From the NCBI GenBank assembly GCA_002898895.1, contig BEHS01000003.1, positions 1 through 47,344 on the forward strand: a stretch of 47,344 nucleotides of DNA. Reading direction: 5' to 3'. This document shows, piece by piece, positions 27,931 to 39,160 of this stretch. The notes beneath the pieces are model-generated. The model searched no databases and was not told where the DNA came from. It was given only the letters and a program-made list of their open reading frames with translations. The number at the start of each line of letters is the position of its first letter. The first letter of the stretch is position 1. The DNA comes from a bacterium HR16. Its GTDB lineage: Bacteria; Armatimonadota; HRBIN16. A program made the translations under genes and the position numbers.

Positions 27931-30819
27931 ATGCCTCAGGACAAGATTATCGTTCGCGGCGCGCGTCAGCATAACCTGAAAAACATTACCGTCGAAATCC
28001 CGCGCGATAAGCTGGTGGTCATCACCGGCATCTCGGGGTCGGGCAAGTCCAGTCTGGCGTTCGACACCATCTACGCCGAGGGTCAGCGACGGTATGTCGA
28101 GTCGCTTTCCGCCTACGCCAGGCAGTTCCTCGGTCAGATGGACAAGCCAGACGTGGACGACATCATCGGCCTCTCGCCGGCGGTTTCGATTGACCAGAAG
28201 TCCACCAGCAGAAACCCGCGCTCGACGGTAGCCACCGTCACCGAGATTTACGACCACCTGCGCCTGCTCTATGCCCGAATCGGCATCCCGCACTGCCCTC
28301 AGTGCGGGCGCGAAATCACCCAGCAGACGGTGGAACAGGTGGTGGACACCATCCTCGCCCTGCCGGAGGGCACGCGCCTGCAGATTCTCGCCCCCATCGT
28401 GCGCGGACGCAAAGGCGAATACCGCAAGGAGATGGAGGATGCCCGCAAGGCAGGCTACAACCGCCTGCGCGTGGACGGCGAACCGGTAGACCTCAGTGAA
28501 CAGCCCATCCCGACGCTTGACCGATATAAGATTCACCATATCGAGGTGGTGGTAGACCGTATCGTAGTGCGTGCGGGTATCGAGAAGCGGCTCGCCGACT
28601 CGGTAGAGACCGCCATGCGCATGGGACAGGGCGTGGTCATCGCGCAGATTGTGGACGGCGAGGAGCTGGTCTTTTCGGAGAACTTCGCCTGCGCGGAGTG
28701 CGGCATCAGCCTGCCGGAGATCGAGCCGCGCAGTTTCTCGTTCAACAGTCCATATGGGGCTTGTCCTGAATGTCACGGTTTGGGCTTCAAAACCGAGTTT
28801 GACCCCGCGCTCATCGTGCCTGACCCCAGCAAGAGCATCGCCGAGGGCGCGATAGAACCCTTCGCCGGTAAGGACGGCTTGATGCCCTACTACGAGGGGC
28901 TACTGCGCGGGGTAGCACAGAAACTGGGCTTCACCATCCACACACCCCTCAACCGACTGAACGAAAAGCAATGGCACGACCTCTTCTACGGCGTGGAAGG
29001 CAACGTCACCGTCACCTTCCGCAACCGCTGGGGACGCACCCGCTACTTCGACAGCGAGTTCGAAGGCATTATCGCCATGCTGCAGCGCCGTTACAACGAA
29101 ACAGAGTCCGAAAACGTACGCGAGTGGCTACAGCGGTACATGTCCGACAAACCCTGCCCCAAGTGCAAGGGGTTGCGTCTGAAGGACGAGAGTCTGGCTG
29201 TAACGGTAGGCGGATTAAACATCGCGCAGCTGACCGCGCTATCGGTGGAGGAGGCACAGAGGTTCTTCGACGAACTGCCTTTGCATCTCAGTGAGCGCCA
29301 ACGGCACATCGCTCACCAGTTGCTGCGCGAAATCCAGACGCGACTGGGCTTCTTGCTGGACGTAGGGCTGGGCTACCTTACTCTGGACCGTCCTGCAGCG
29401 ACGCTGGCAGGCGGCGAAGCGCAGCGCATCCGCCTCGCCACGCAAATCGGCAGTGGGCTGATGGGCGTGCTGTACATTCTGGACGAGCCCAGCATCGGCT
29501 TGCATCAGCGCGATAACCAGAAGCTGATTCATACCCTGTTGCACCTGCGCGACCTGGGCAATACGATTATCGTGGTGGAGCACGACGAGGAGACCATCCG
29601 TACCGCCGACCACATCATCGACATCGGTCCGGGTGCAGGAGAGCACGGCGGATATATTGTGGCGCAGGGCACGGTGGAGGATATTATCGCCTGCGAGCAG
29701 TCCATTACGGGGCAGTACCTCAGCGGTAAGCGACGGATTCCGGTGCCGCTCATCCGCAGGCAACCGGGCGACCGCTGGTTGACCATTCGCGGCGCGCGCC
29801 AGCATAACTTGAAGAACATCACCGTGCGCATCCCGCTGGGGCTGTTCGTGTGCGTGACGGGCGTTTCCGGCTCCGGCAAGTCCACGCTGATTCAGGAAAC
29901 CCTCTATCCGCGCCTGATGTATCACGTGTACGGCTCACACCCGCTGTGGGGCGAACACGACGGCGTGGACGGCATCGAATACATCGATAAAGTGGTAGAC
30001 ATCGACCAGTCGCCTATCGGGCGCACACCGCGATCGAACCCCGCTACTTACACGGGCGTGTTCGACATGATTCGGGAACTGTTCGCCAGCACGCAGGACG
30101 CACGGGTGCGCGGTTACAAGCCGGGGCGGTTCAGCTTCAACGTGAAAGGCGGACGTTGTGAGGCGTGCAGAGGCGACGGTATCATCAAGATAGAGATGCA
30201 CTTCCTGCCCGACGTGTACGTGCCCTGCGAGGTGTGTAAAGGCAAGCGTTACAACCGCGAAACGCTCGAAGTGAAGTATAAAGGCAAGTCCATCGCCGAT
30301 GTGCTGGATATGACGGTGGAAGAGGCGCTGGACTTCTTCAAAGCCATTCCACCCATTGCCCGCAAACTGCAGACCCTGCACGACGTGGGGCTGGACTACA
30401 TGAAGCTGGGGCAACCCGCTACTACCCTGTCGGGCGGTGAGGCGCAACGGGTGAAACTGGCTACCGAGCTGTCCAAGCGAGGCACGGGCAGGACGCTGTA
30501 CATTCTGGACGAGCCTACCACCGGTTTGCACTTCGCAGACATCGAGAAACTGCTCAACGTACTACACCGCCTGGTGGACAACGGCAACACGGTTATCGTG
30601 ATTGAGCATAATCTGGACGTGATTAAGACCGCCGACTGGATTATCGACCTCGGTCCTGAAGGGGGCGCAGAGGGCGGCTACGTGGTGGCAGAAGGCACAC
30701 CCGAGGATGTTGCGCAGGTAGAAGCGAGCTATACAGGACAGTTCCTGCGCAAAATGCTGGACGTGGATGGAAGGGCAAAAGGTTTAAACCACCATAATCC
30801 CACTTCCTGCTACCGGTGA
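27931..30819 (+). CDS. uvrA: Excinuclease ABC subunit A
   Basis: [10 protein letters not shown], two Walker A motifs ([18 protein letters not shown]), zinc fingers, LSGGEAQR. Confidence 0.98.
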   Translation: MPQDKIIVRGARQHNLKNITVEIPRDKLVVITGISGSGKSSLAFDTIYAEGQRRYVESLSAYARQFLGQMDKPDVDDIIGLSPAVSIDQKSTSRNPRSTVATVTEIYDHLRLLYARIGIPHCPQCGREITQQTVEQVVDTILALPEGTRLQILAPIVRGRKGEYRKEMEDARKAGYNRLRVDGEPVDLSEQPIPTLDRYKIHHIEVVVDRIVVRAGIEKRLADSVETAMRMGQGVVIAQIVDGEELVFSENFACAECGISLPEIEPRSFSFNSPYGACPECHGLGFKTEFDPALIVPDPSKSIAEGAIEPFAGKDGLMPYYEGLLRGVAQKLGFTIHTPLNRLNEKQWHDLFYGVEGNVTVTFRNRWGRTRYFDSEFEGIIAMLQRRYNETESENVREWLQRYMSDKPCPKCKGLRLKDESLAVTVGGLNIAQLTALSVEEAQRFFDELPLHLSERQRHIAHQLLREIQTRLGFLLDVGLGYLTLDRPAATLAGGEAQRIRLATQIGSGLMGVLYILDEPSIGLHQRDNQKLIHTLLHLRDLGNTIIVVEHDEETIRTADHIIDIGPGAGEHGGYIVAQGTVEDIIACEQSITGQYLSGKRRIPVPLIRRQPGDRWLTIRGARQHNLKNITVRIPLGLFVCVTGVSGSGKSTLIQETLYPRLMYHVYGSHPLWGEHDGVDGIEYIDKVVDIDQSPIGRTPRSNPATYTGVFDMIRELFASTQDARVRGYKPGRFSFNVKGGRCEACRGDGIIKIEMHFLPDVYVPCEVCKGKRYNRETLEVKYKGKSIADVLDMTVEEALDFFKAIPPIARKLQTLHDVGLDYMKLGQPATTLSGGEAQRVKLATELSKRGTGRTLYILDEPTTGLHFADIEKLLNVLHRLVDNGNTVIVIEHNLDVIKTADWIIDLGPEGGAEGGYVVAEGTPEDVAQVEASYTGQFLRKMLDVDGRAKGLNHHNPTSCYR

Positions 30820-33399
30820 GCATACGAACATCTCCGGCTCCAGGTTGCGCGGGGCGTAGTAGTGATCGGTCAGGGCGCGCTGCACCGCGTCGCAGGCGTC
30901 CTCGCGCACCAGCACCAGGATACAGCCACCCAACCCTGCCCCCAGTATCTGCGCCCCCAGCACACCCGGCACGCGCAACGCCACATCCACCATCCAGTCG
31001 ATTTCCGGTGTGCTACAGGCGTATGCGCCCGGCTGCCATACAAGGTCGGCGTCCGGGAGATTGTGCTCCGCTTGTTGGGCAAGATGTTGTAAGACGGTGT
31101 CAGAATAGTCCACCGCAAAGGGCTGGAAATCATCGCCGTCGGTGTTCCAGCGGGCAACACGGTCGCCGTCATGCGAACGGTTCATCCACTGCCCGAAAGT
31201 ATCGATGTGACCCTCGTGCAACAGCGCTGCGGTTCGGCGGCTGCGCTCACACTCTGCCAGCCCGAAAACCACCACCGGACGTATGGGATAGCGGTTCAGC
31301 TTCTCGTCGTGCGTGCTGAGGTAGGACATTATCCGTTCGGCAGGCAGCCGTTCCAGCAGGTGCTGGCGTTCCACAACCTCGGGCAGATGCGCAAGCAGGC
31401 GGTACAGCTCGGCGAGCGAGATGCCCAGTCGCCCGGTATTCACATCACGCAGGTGCTCGATGTACGGGGAGAGGTGCGGAAAGGTGTGTTTGAGCCATTC
31501 CCTGCCCAGATGATAACACGCTACCCGGTGGTTGAACTGGTCGCGCGCGCCGGCGGTCTTCTTCGCCTGCTGGTGCGAGTGGCACACCAGAAACCGATAC
31601 CCCTGCGGGAAAGGCACAGTGCCCACCACGCGGAAGGGGAAGAAGCTCATGGCGACTACCGCGTCTCGCCGCGCGAACTTCATCGCCGCGTGGTCGCCTG
31701 CCCCGCCGCGCGTGCCCACATACCACTCTGCCTCACCGCACAGGTCCACGAACTGCTCAGGAGGCAATTCAAAGCGGTTCAGATGCAGTAATGCCTCCAT
31801 CGTCGCGACTACCACCGCTGAAGAGGAGCTCAGTCCCGCACCGATGGGCACGTTGCCGTCGGCGGTCAGATTAAAACCCGGCAGCACGTAGTCGGCGAAA
31901 TGCGCTTGCAGGCGAGCGCAGGCGGCTTTCACGTATTGCGACCACTCACCGCGCGCGGCAGCAGCCGCCTCCAGTATCGGCGCGCTGTTCACGAACTCCA
32001 CCCACGCGCCCGGCTGATAGCCCGACAGCAAATCGTCCAGTGTAAACTCACAAGGCGGGAACGCCTGTGACCGAAGGTTCTGCAGCTGCACACGTCGGTC
32101 ATCGCGCAACCCGACCACCGCGTGCACGTCACGGTCGACGGCAATCATGTTGACGTGTCCGCCCTGGTGGTCGATGTGCCTGCCCATGATATTCACCCTG
32201 CCGGGTGCGCGTGCGATAACCACCTGCTGGTCGCCGAATCGCTGCAGATGCAGGGTGAGCAGTGACAGCAGACGTTCCCGCTTGCGTTCCACAATCGCTT
32301 CATCGCCGCCGTAGGTGTTGCGCAGATGGTTCAGGAAGGCATCATCGCGTGCCTCGATAGCACGCAGCCATTGACTGACCGTGCGCATACCCTGCGGCAG
32401 TTGCTGTACCTGCACCCGCCGACGGGAGAGGAGGTATTCCTCAATTGCCTGCAGTTCCTCCGGGGTGTTGAACGCCATCGCCTCTTCGGGGTAAGCGACA
32501 GGCACGGTGTGAATAACCGCCCCGCGCTGCGATAGCAGTGCGACGATGTCGGTGAGGTATTCCTCCCCCTGCGCGTTGTCTGCGCTCAGTTTTGCCAGCG
32601 CGTCGTACAGGACGGGCGCACGGAACAGGTAGACCGAGAGATTCGCCTCCTGCGCCTGCTCCACTTGCGAGAGGGGCAATACGCTGTTGCCCACACGGAC
32701 GCCGTCAAGAGGAGGAGTGCTTTCGGCAGACACCGGCTCACCGCGTTCTATCGCTTGCCACAGGTCGCCCAGCGCACGCGCCGCCTTTTTCTCCTGCGGA
32801 AAGGTTCTGACGACAAGGCGTCTGGCTTCTTCGGCGGGCAAGGGGGCAGAATGCGCCATCTGTCGCAGGGCGTGCAGAACCTGTGCCCGCGCCAGGTCAA
32901 ACACCTCCACAATAGCGCACACCTTACCCGTCGCATCGCGCACCACGCGCCCGGAGGTGGGAAAGTGCTCCACACTGCCTACTGCAAAAGCAAGGTCGCT
33001 TCGGGTGGAGTAGAAGGTATCTATCAAGCGAGCGAGGAACGCCTCTTCAATCACCTTGTCGCCTGCAACCACCAGCACGTCGCCTTCATAGCTCAGCGAC
33101 TGCAACAGGTCTGCCGCCACGCGGGTAGCATGACCCGTGCCACGCGGTTCCGGCTGGTGAGCGTAGAGGCGTTGCCCCGGCAGGTCCTTCAGCACTCCCA
33201 TAATGGCTTCCGCACCCTGTCCGACGACGACACAGTGCGTGTGAATCCCACAGCGCACGTACGACCCTACGGCGCGGGCAATAGCGGGCGTGCCAGCGAT
33301 GGGGAAACACACCTTCGGCAGGTGGGTTGCTTTCATGCGCGTGCCCCGCCCCGCCGCCAGTATCACCGCCACTATGGGATGCGAACGAGAGATGTTCAT
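30784..33399 (-). CDS. Fusion of a GlmU-type sugar nucleotidyltransferase and a GHMP (galactokinase-family) sugar kinase
   Basis: N-terminal [11 protein letters not shown]...[19 protein letters not shown]; C-terminal [35 protein letters not shown]. Confidence 0.88.
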   Translation of the reverse strand: MNISRSHPIVAVILAAGRGTRMKATHLPKVCFPIAGTPAIARAVGSYVRCGIHTHCVVVGQGAEAIMGVLKDLPGQRLYAHQPEPRGTGHATRVAADLLQSLSYEGDVLVVAGDKVIEEAFLARLIDTFYSTRSDLAFAVGSVEHFPTSGRVVRDATGKVCAIVEVFDLARAQVLHALRQMAHSAPLPAEEARRLVVRTFPQEKKAARALGDLWQAIERGEPVSAESTPPLDGVRVGNSVLPLSQVEQAQEANLSVYLFRAPVLYDALAKLSADNAQGEEYLTDIVALLSQRGAVIHTVPVAYPEEAMAFNTPEELQAIEEYLLSRRRVQVQQLPQGMRTVSQWLRAIEARDDAFLNHLRNTYGGDEAIVERKRERLLSLLTLHLQRFGDQQVVIARAPGRVNIMGRHIDHQGGHVNMIAVDRDVHAVVGLRDDRRVQLQNLRSQAFPPCEFTLDDLLSGYQPGAWVEFVNSAPILEAAAAARGEWSQYVKAACARLQAHFADYVLPGFNLTADGNVPIGAGLSSSSAVVVATMEALLHLNRFELPPEQFVDLCGEAEWYVGTRGGAGDHAAMKFARRDAVVAMSFFPFRVVGTVPFPQGYRFLVCHSHQQAKKTAGARDQFNHRVACYHLGREWLKHTFPHLSPYIEHLRDVNTGRLGISLAELYRLLAHLPEVVERQHLLERLPAERIMSYLSTHDEKLNRYPIRPVVVFGLAECERSRRTAALLHEGHIDTFGQWMNRSHDGDRVARWNTDGDDFQPFAVDYSDTVLQHLAQQAEHNLPDADLVWQPGAYACSTPEIDWMVDVALRVPGVLGAQILGAGLGGCILVLVREDACDAVQRALTDHYYAPRNLEPEMFVCSPVAGSGIMVV

Positions 33400-33574
33400 G
33401 TCAGACTATCTGTTCGAAGGGTTGTTATTCGCAGATTCGATGGGGGCGGTTCGATTCCCTTTTGGGGAGCGGTTAGCACAGAGAAGGAGCATTCGTGCAG
33501 TCGATAAGTAGGGTCCGGGTATGCATAAGAGACACAACGTATCTGGCGCAAGCTGCGCACCGTGCGTCAAGTCG

Positions 33575-33627
33575 GCTATAGCGGTCGGTGACACTGCCCG
33601 AACTGTCAAGGGGCAAGCGGGTGTAAC
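33575..33627 (-). pseudogene. Rhs core fragment (YTRLPLDSSGSVTDRYS)
   Basis: 33593-33627 matches 37253-37287 at 32/35 nt. Confidence 0.65.
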
Positions 33628-33639
33628 TGAGAGTTCCAG

Positions 33640-33799
33640 AACACTGTCACAAAGCCTGCCTGCCGGAAATGGTGGTCCGCTGTAAATCCCTTACGGATGT
33701 CCTCACGCTCTACGCTACCGTCAGGCGGCTCCCAGGCACGGCTACAGGCTCTTCGGGAATGAACACTCCGCCCCGAAACCGCACGCGAATGGTTGCCAT
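33640..33799 (-). pseudogene. Collapsed toxin-antitoxin remnant: DUF104-like antitoxin N-terminus joined to a PIN/VapC C-terminus
   Basis: GGAGG RBS then MATIRVRFRGGVFIPEEPVAVPG...stop (33799-33710); next, in another frame, IRKGFTADHHFRQAGF. Confidence 0.7.
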
Positions 33800-33870
33800 C
33801 CGAGTTGACCTCCTTTGCTTCTTATCACAGCGTATCCAGATGCACTGCGCAGAGAGGAGGAACACCCGCG

Positions 33871-34758
33871 CTATGAAAAGAGGTTGCCCGCCAAATCAAA
33901 ATCAGGGTGCACCCACGTTCCGTCCATCGGCTTCAATGAGACCCATACCTCCGTCGAGAAAAAGGGTGAGTTGAGTATCTCATAGGCTCGTTGCGAAATG
34001 TAAACGCCGCTGTACGAAGACACGTGGAAAAAGTCCGACCCGTCCCACTGCGACTCGTCCAATCGTATCTTCAGGGGGTGATCCCCGCGCAGATACCATC
34101 GCTTACACTCCGGGCACTGGAAATACTCGCCGCCCGGGCTCACAAGAGAGGGTAATCCGGCGTAGCCTGTCACCACCGCTTCGTATACCTCGCTTGGCTT
34201 GCCATCACGAGTGTAGACAGGAAAAAGTTCCAAGCCTGTCACGCCCGCTTCTAACAATTCATCCCCCGCCCTTCTGGAGAAGTACAGGCTATCCCCCAGC
34301 ACCCCGTGACACAGAACATCCCACTTTGGCTTGAAACCTTTACGCACCACGAGGGGGCCAACACCCGCGTTCGGCGACACCAAACGCTTCGGCGAAAAAT
34401 TATATATCCGTCGTATAGTCTGCTCGATGGCAAAAAATTGCTCAGGCGTAACACTGAGGAACAGCTCTATCTCCTTGTCCACTTGCTTAGCCTCATCTTT
34501 GCCTGTGGAGGCATCCGATTCCATCGCATACCACAATCTCTCCATCATCTCGCGAGGAATCTCATGCGGATAAGGCTCAAGCAGCTTGCGAACTTCTGGT
34601 AACACAGGTTCTGGCACTTCGGCAGCCGCAATCAAAAATCCGCTTTGATCACAGGTAGGACAGTATACGCCTGGTAGGTAGAGGTCTTCCTTCCGCCTAA
34701 CCTCAAACTTCCAGTCCATTGTGTCAGAGGTGACTACATACCACTGCATCCACTTCAT
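33871..34758 (-). CDS. Putative polymorphic-toxin immunity protein (double-CxxC, SitI6/DUF1629-like)
   Basis: CPTC and CPEC, DESQWDGSDFF...GVYISQRAYEIL; GGAGG RBS before ATG 34758; lies inside the Rhs array. Confidence 0.65.
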   Translation of the reverse strand: MKWMQWYVVTSDTMDWKFEVRRKEDLYLPGVYCPTCDQSGFLIAAAEVPEPVLPEVRKLLEPYPHEIPREMMERLWYAMESDASTGKDEAKQVDKEIELFLSVTPEQFFAIEQTIRRIYNFSPKRLVSPNAGVGPLVVRKGFKPKWDVLCHGVLGDSLYFSRRAGDELLEAGVTGLELFPVYTRDGKPSEVYEAVVTGYAGLPSLVSPGGEYFQCPECKRWYLRGDHPLKIRLDESQWDGSDFFHVSSYSGVYISQRAYEILNSPFFSTEVWVSLKPMDGTWVHPDFDLAGNLFS

Positions 34759-34800
34759 TCTGATTCCTCCCTGTTCCAGCATATCCCTGATTTTGGGTTC

Positions 34801-35628
34801 TTACTCAACAAAACGAGTACCCGCAGATATAACAACAGAAATATCGTCCCTATTACCAAAAATGCCATCACTTCCCGCGCTGCGAAAAATAACCCTTTTC
34901 CCTTCTTGATTGATTTGCACCGCACGCTGCCACTCATCTACCAAAGCAAAACCCAAAATCCTGCGTAACCACTCGACATACTCGCGCAGTTCCCCTTTAT
35001 CCCTTGGTAAGTCGAAAGCCAACGATGGAGGCAGGTTCTTTATAAGCAAGCTATCTGCACAGCGTCTTGCGCATAGCATCGAAAGGGTCTTTATCCGATC
35101 ATTCTCTCTTCTATATGAGGATATTACTAACTGCCGCCACCACACGCTACCACGTGAATACGCTTTTAGCAGGAATTTGGTACGCTCCCCTTGCGGTAGT
35201 GCTGTTGATTGCACCCGCACCTCATGCTTGCCATCCACAGGTATTTTGCTACCGTATTGCCACATCCCCCTCCACTCAAGCATCCTTGTTCGGTACACAA
35301 CCAGTAGTCTCCGTTGTACCATACCGCATCCTCTCAAGGGTTGCCTGAAGGGATAAAAAGCTGTGCCATGCAATGTCGCAAGGTCAGAAATGATGATACC
35401 GGTTCGCTCGTAAACATAGCGGGAGAGGTCGCAACACATCACCATGTGATAGTACTCTATCTGTTGGCAAGTGCGCGCAGTCAGCCATTTTCGATGGTAA
35501 CAAGCAGGATAGAAGACGATAGAGGCTGCAGCGAGAACCACAAGCCCCCACCCTAGCAGTTCCGTCATTGTGCGGCGGTTTCGAACTGAAAACCTATGCA
35601 GGCTATCTAATAGCTTTCTTACTACCAT
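34801..35628 (-). CDS. Hypothetical protein with degenerate prepilin-like TM and GspG-like C-terminal motif
   Basis: RRTMTELLGWGLVVLAAASIVFYP; DEWQRAV...IFRSAGSDGIFGNRDDI; lower GC. Confidence 0.6.
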   Translation of the reverse strand: MVVRKLLDSLHRFSVRNRRTMTELLGWGLVVLAAASIVFYPACYHRKWLTARTCQQIEYYHMVMCCDLSRYVYERTGIIISDLATLHGTAFYPFRQPLRGCGMVQRRLLVVYRTRMLEWRGMWQYGSKIPVDGKHEVRVQSTALPQGERTKFLLKAYSRGSVWWRQLVISSYRRENDRIKTLSMLCARRCADSLLIKNLPPSLAFDLPRDKGELREYVEWLRRILGFALVDEWQRAVQINQEGKRVIFRSAGSDGIFGNRDDISVVISAGTRFVE

Positions 35629-35861
35629 GTCGTTTCAGTAGATTCCCCAAGGATGAACGTCCGTAACCGATACTAAACACAGGACTACACAACCCTCTCA
35701 TGCGAAGATGCAGCAAAGGAAACGATAGGCGAAACCATCTGTAGCTGATATCACCAACAACAATGATTGTTGCCCGCTTCCGTGCCCCTACTGTCGCTGC
35801 TTGACGCGCAGACTTAACAGGCTGTTTCTCGCGCTTCTGTGTTGCAGCCACATTGGCATAG

Positions 35862-35910
35862 TTGATCGGCTCATTCCCGCAGTACCGATACAGGTTCGGG
35901 TCGCCGGAGG
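35862..35910 (-). repeat. Second copy of the Rhs core end (SGDPNLYRYCGNEPIN)
   Basis: 44/49 nt identical to 37156-37204; the DPxG motif and toxin tip are missing downstream. Confidence 0.8.
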
Positions 35911-35916
35911 TTGGAT

Positions 35917-36525
35917 TTATTGTTCAAGAGATTCACCCTTTTGCCGTATGAACCCAAGTGCAGGGGTCACTAGACCGATATCTCCGATACCCTGCCTCCA
36001 GAGTGGTAACAGCAACGCGGTGAACTGGTTACCCCAGATGATCATCTCATACTCACTACGAGATGCACCAGGAACGCGCTCTAAGTAGTAGGTCAGGTAT
36101 ATGCCAGCACTGACATCCGCATCAGAGATATACACATCATCCCCATCAAGGCTAACCAGAGCTAACGCATGGTTGAGCACATCCCCACTCGTAATCCGCA
36201 CAGCAACAGTATCTATTCCCACACGCCAATACAACCACATCGGCACCTCAGACATATTCGCCGTCAACTGAGCCAGAACTCGCTTGAGTGCACGCTGAAG
36301 CTTTGCTGGTACTTTTAGGTAAAAATGATAGCGTTTACCCTCTCTGCATTCCGCGAGATGCAGCAAATACTTTTTAAACCATTCCTCCGATTCGGCTGTT
36401 TCCACTTCTGTGGCGATATCCACAGTTCTCCCTAAAATGGTGGACAACCTTTTCATCTCAGATGGCAAATGGCGTTTTAAACGGTTCCTGCGCAAGGCTT
36501 TGCTCAGAGCATCATCAACTTGCAC
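35917..36525 (-). CDS. Putative immunity protein for the upstream nuclease toxin
   Basis: Immediately downstream of the toxin tip; AAGGAGG RBS before GTG 36525; lower GC; ends in EYEMIIWG-type motif. Confidence 0.65.
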   Translation of the reverse strand: MQVDDALSKALRRNRLKRHLPSEMKRLSTILGRTVDIATEVETAESEEWFKKYLLHLAECREGKRYHFYLKVPAKLQRALKRVLAQLTANMSEVPMWLYWRVGIDTVAVRITSGDVLNHALALVSLDGDDVYISDADVSAGIYLTYYLERVPGASRSEYEMIIWGNQFTALLLPLWRQGIGDIGLVTPALGFIRQKGESLEQ

Positions 36526-36553
36526 TACTGTCCCTCCTTGTAACCCCGATGAA

Positions 36554-37320
36554 TCATCTCCTGTATGGAACATTCACTTTGGGCTTGTGTGAAATTCGGT
36601 CAGTATTGTCATAGCGAAGGTGTCCTAATGGGTCAATTCCCCCTCCCCGCTTCGGGGTAGAAGCTTCCCAATGTGGATATGGATGATTCGTATCCGCAGG
36701 GTGGTGAGTAACAACCTTCCTACCCATACCGCCTCCTGGCAAAGGTACCGCATACTCGTACTGCCGGTTGTTTGCCGTTCCTCGCCGGGCAATAGGCTGC
36801 CGACATGTGGGTATCCCTGCCCGTCTCATCGCCTCACGCCTCGCTGCTCGCAAACTCTCGCAGACAACCTCTTCTGAAGGACGCGCTGCTCTTAAGACCT
36901 TGCTGCCAGCTCGCTCATACAGCACAACCGCAGAAGCATCTCGGACTCGCCTGACCCAGCGCCCCGTTTTGGCAACATCCCCCAGAATAGGCACAACACC
37001 CAAACCGGAGATCGCTGCGTTCGCCCAGTCGCCTTCTAACGCATACAGCCCTGCGTTTAGCAGGTCTGCCAGCTCGCCAACACCCGGGTACAGCCCCAAT
37101 CAGGTCTAATCCGCCGTGTATCCACCGCGGGGCATAGCCCGTTGGGTCTACCGCATTGACCGGGTCACTTCCGCAGTAACGATACAGGTTCGGGTCGCCG
37201 GAGGCGACACCTATCGGGTCTTTCTGCAGCCACCGGGCGGTGCGGGGAGCATACTGCCCGAACTGTCAAGGAGCAAACGGGTGTGACCAAGACCATCAAT
37301 CACATAATACCGCGTTCCCG
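36554..37320 (-). pseudogene. Truncated, frameshifted Rhs toxin: core remnant, pre-toxin (PT-TG-like) region and HNH/EndoVII-type (Tox-HNH-EHHH-like) nuclease tip
   Basis: RYYVIDGLGHTRLLLDSSG / QYAPRTARWLQKDPIG...NLYRYCGSDPVNAVDPTG; LDLIG [+1 frameshift at ~37083-37097] PGVGELADLLNAGLYALEGD; AARREAMRRAGIP...QP...RQYEY...HHPAD..HPYPHW. Confidence 0.8.
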
Positions 37321-37380
37321 CTGGAGAGCGCAAGTGGATGTGACGCTTTTTATCCTGAGAAAGCACTACCGTCCCCATAA

Positions 37381-37405
37381 CGGCTCGGCAGGAGCCTCGC
37401 CCTCC
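37381..37405. repeat. Single REP unit at the edge of the Rhs island
   Basis: CGGCTCGGCAGGAGCCTCGCCCTCC, reverse complement of the GGAGGGCGAGGCTCCTGCCGAGCCG family. Confidence 0.8.
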
Positions 37406-37475
37406 AACCTGTTCAATCTGACCCTGCCTGTGATAAAATAAGAACGACGCCAGCTTTAAGGATGGAGGTCTGTGG

Positions 37476-38927
37476 ATGACGGAGTGGGAAGCCTGCATCG
37501 GCATGGAGGTACATGCCGAACTGTTGACCGATAGCAAGATGTTCTGTTCCTGCGCCAACGCTTTTGGCGGCGAGCCGAACACCCGTTGCTGCCCGGTGTG
37601 TACAGGGATGCCCGGCTCCCTGCCGGTGATGAACAAGAAGGCAGTGGAGATGGTGCTGCGCACCGCCCTTGCGCTCAACTGCGAAATCTCCATGACCTCC
37701 ATCTTTCATCGTAAAAACTACTTCTATCCCGACCTGCCCAAGAACTATCAGATTTCCCAGTACGGAGATACACCCATCGGCAAGCGAGGCTGGCTGGATG
37801 TGCCGGTAAACGGGCGTATCGTGCGCGTGCATATCCGCCGTGTGCATCTGGAGGAGGACACCGGCAAGCTCTTCCACCTGCCGACGGGCGAGAGCGCGGT
37901 GGACTACAACCGCAGCGGAGTGCCGCTCATGGAGATTGTGACCGAGTTTCCGCCCGACATGCACACCGCCGAGGAGGCGCGTGCCTACCTTCAGACCCTG
38001 CGCAGCGTGCTGGTGTATCTCGGCGTGTGTGACGGGCGAATGGAGCAGGGAAGTCTGCGCTGTGAACCCAACCTCTCGGTGCGCCCGAAGGGCAGCGATA
38101 CCTTCGGCGTCAAGACCGAGCTGAAGAACCTGAACTCCTTCCGCGCGGTGCAACGAGGCATTGAGTACGAGATACAGCGACATATTGCCGTGCTGGAATC
38201 GGGGGGCAAGGTGATTCAGGAAACGCGAGGCTGGAACGACGAGCGCGGCGAGAGCTTCCCGATGCGCACCAAGGAGTACGAGCAGGACTACCGCTACTTC
38301 CCCGAGCCTGACCTCGTGCCGGTGCAGTTTACGGAGGAATGGATAGAGCAGGTACGCGCCTCTCTGCCGGAGTTGCCTCTGGCAAAACGCCAGCGCTTCA
38401 TAGAACAGTACGCCCTGCCCGAATACGACGCCACCCTGCTGGTGGAAGACCGCGCCACCGCCGATTACTTTGAGGAGGTGGTACAGCTCGGTGCGGAACC
38501 GAAAGCGGTCGCAAACTGGATGAACGGCGACCTCGCCCGCCTGATGAACGCAGCAGGTATCGAGCACATCCGCGATTGCAAAGTGCAGCCGAAACACCTG
38601 CGCGACCTCATCGGGCTGGTGCAGAAGGGCACTATCACCGGAAGCGTCGCCAAGCAGGTGCTGGAAGAGGTGTTCCATACGGGCGCAGAGCCTGCTCAGG
38701 TGGTACAGGCGAAGGGCTTGACACAGGTCAGCGACACCGACCAGCTCATAGCGTGGGTGCAGCAGGCAATTGCCGAAAACCCCGATGCGGCGGAGAAGGT
38801 GCGTAACGGCAAACTACAAACCTTGCAGTTTCTGGTGGGTCAGGTGATGAAGCTCAGCCGTGGACGTGCCAACCCCAACGAGGTGCGTCGCCTCATCGCC
38901 GAGCAACTTGGTGTACAGGTCGAGTAG
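37476..38927 (+). CDS. gatB: Asp-tRNA(Asn)/Glu-tRNA(Gln) amidotransferase subunit B
   Basis: [44 protein letters not shown]. Confidence 0.98.
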   Translation: MTEWEACIGMEVHAELLTDSKMFCSCANAFGGEPNTRCCPVCTGMPGSLPVMNKKAVEMVLRTALALNCEISMTSIFHRKNYFYPDLPKNYQISQYGDTPIGKRGWLDVPVNGRIVRVHIRRVHLEEDTGKLFHLPTGESAVDYNRSGVPLMEIVTEFPPDMHTAEEARAYLQTLRSVLVYLGVCDGRMEQGSLRCEPNLSVRPKGSDTFGVKTELKNLNSFRAVQRGIEYEIQRHIAVLESGGKVIQETRGWNDERGESFPMRTKEYEQDYRYFPEPDLVPVQFTEEWIEQVRASLPELPLAKRQRFIEQYALPEYDATLLVEDRATADYFEEVVQLGAEPKAVANWMNGDLARLMNAAGIEHIRDCKVQPKHLRDLIGLVQKGTITGSVAKQVLEEVFHTGAEPAQVVQAKGLTQVSDTDQLIAWVQQAIAENPDAAEKVRNGKLQTLQFLVGQVMKLSRGRANPNEVRRLIAEQLGVQVE

Positions 38928-38935
38928 ACTGGTTC

Positions 38936-39126
38936 TCAAGGTAGCACGCCCCACCGGCGTAATACATCTGTAATCATGGGCTTTGGCTGTTGCCACAACC
39001 ATTCCACTTGCAGCCACAGCCCTTCAGCACTTTACTGTGATAGACCCCCTGCGACGCCATGAGCACCGCCCGATACACGCCGTCGTCCGCCATCTGGTTT
39101 GCGGGCGCCTGCGTCATCATCGCCAT
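38936..39126 (-). pseudogene. Uma2-family endonuclease remnant (internal deletion plus frameshift)
   Basis: MAMMTQAPA joined to QMADDGVYRAVL...GVYHSKVLKG [frameshift] WLQVEWLWQQPKPMITDVLRRWGVLP-stop; TGCTATAAT (39140-39148) and GAGGTG upstream. Confidence 0.75.
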
Positions 39127-39160
39127 CACCTCTGCCTCGATTATAGCACACTGCATATCT

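Noticed and set aside
33440-33470. GGTTCGATTCC resembling a tRNA T-loop or att site at the island edge
   Set aside because: The flanking stem pairs poorly, and there is no acceptor or anticodon arm and no integrase.
35603-35851. 82-aa ORF after the second Rhs repeat as an intact toxin tip
   Set aside because: No DPxG motif, RBS or recognisable toxin motif; probably a deletion remnant.
37083-37097. Programmed frameshift or phase variation in the Rhs tip
   Set aside because: The G-runs are only 3-4 nt and the upstream core is already deleted, so decay or sequencing error is simpler.
37413-38678. 421-aa minus-strand ORF (similarly 27787-28776 and 44356-45513)
   Set aside because: Antisense shadows of gatB, uvrA and purM/lipoprotein.
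38974-39156. 60-aa ORF with a CGCKWNGCG tail resembling a RiPP precursor
   Set aside because: The Cys-rich tail is the off-frame reading of a Uma2 C-terminus (WLQVEWLWQQP), and no modification enzymes are nearby.
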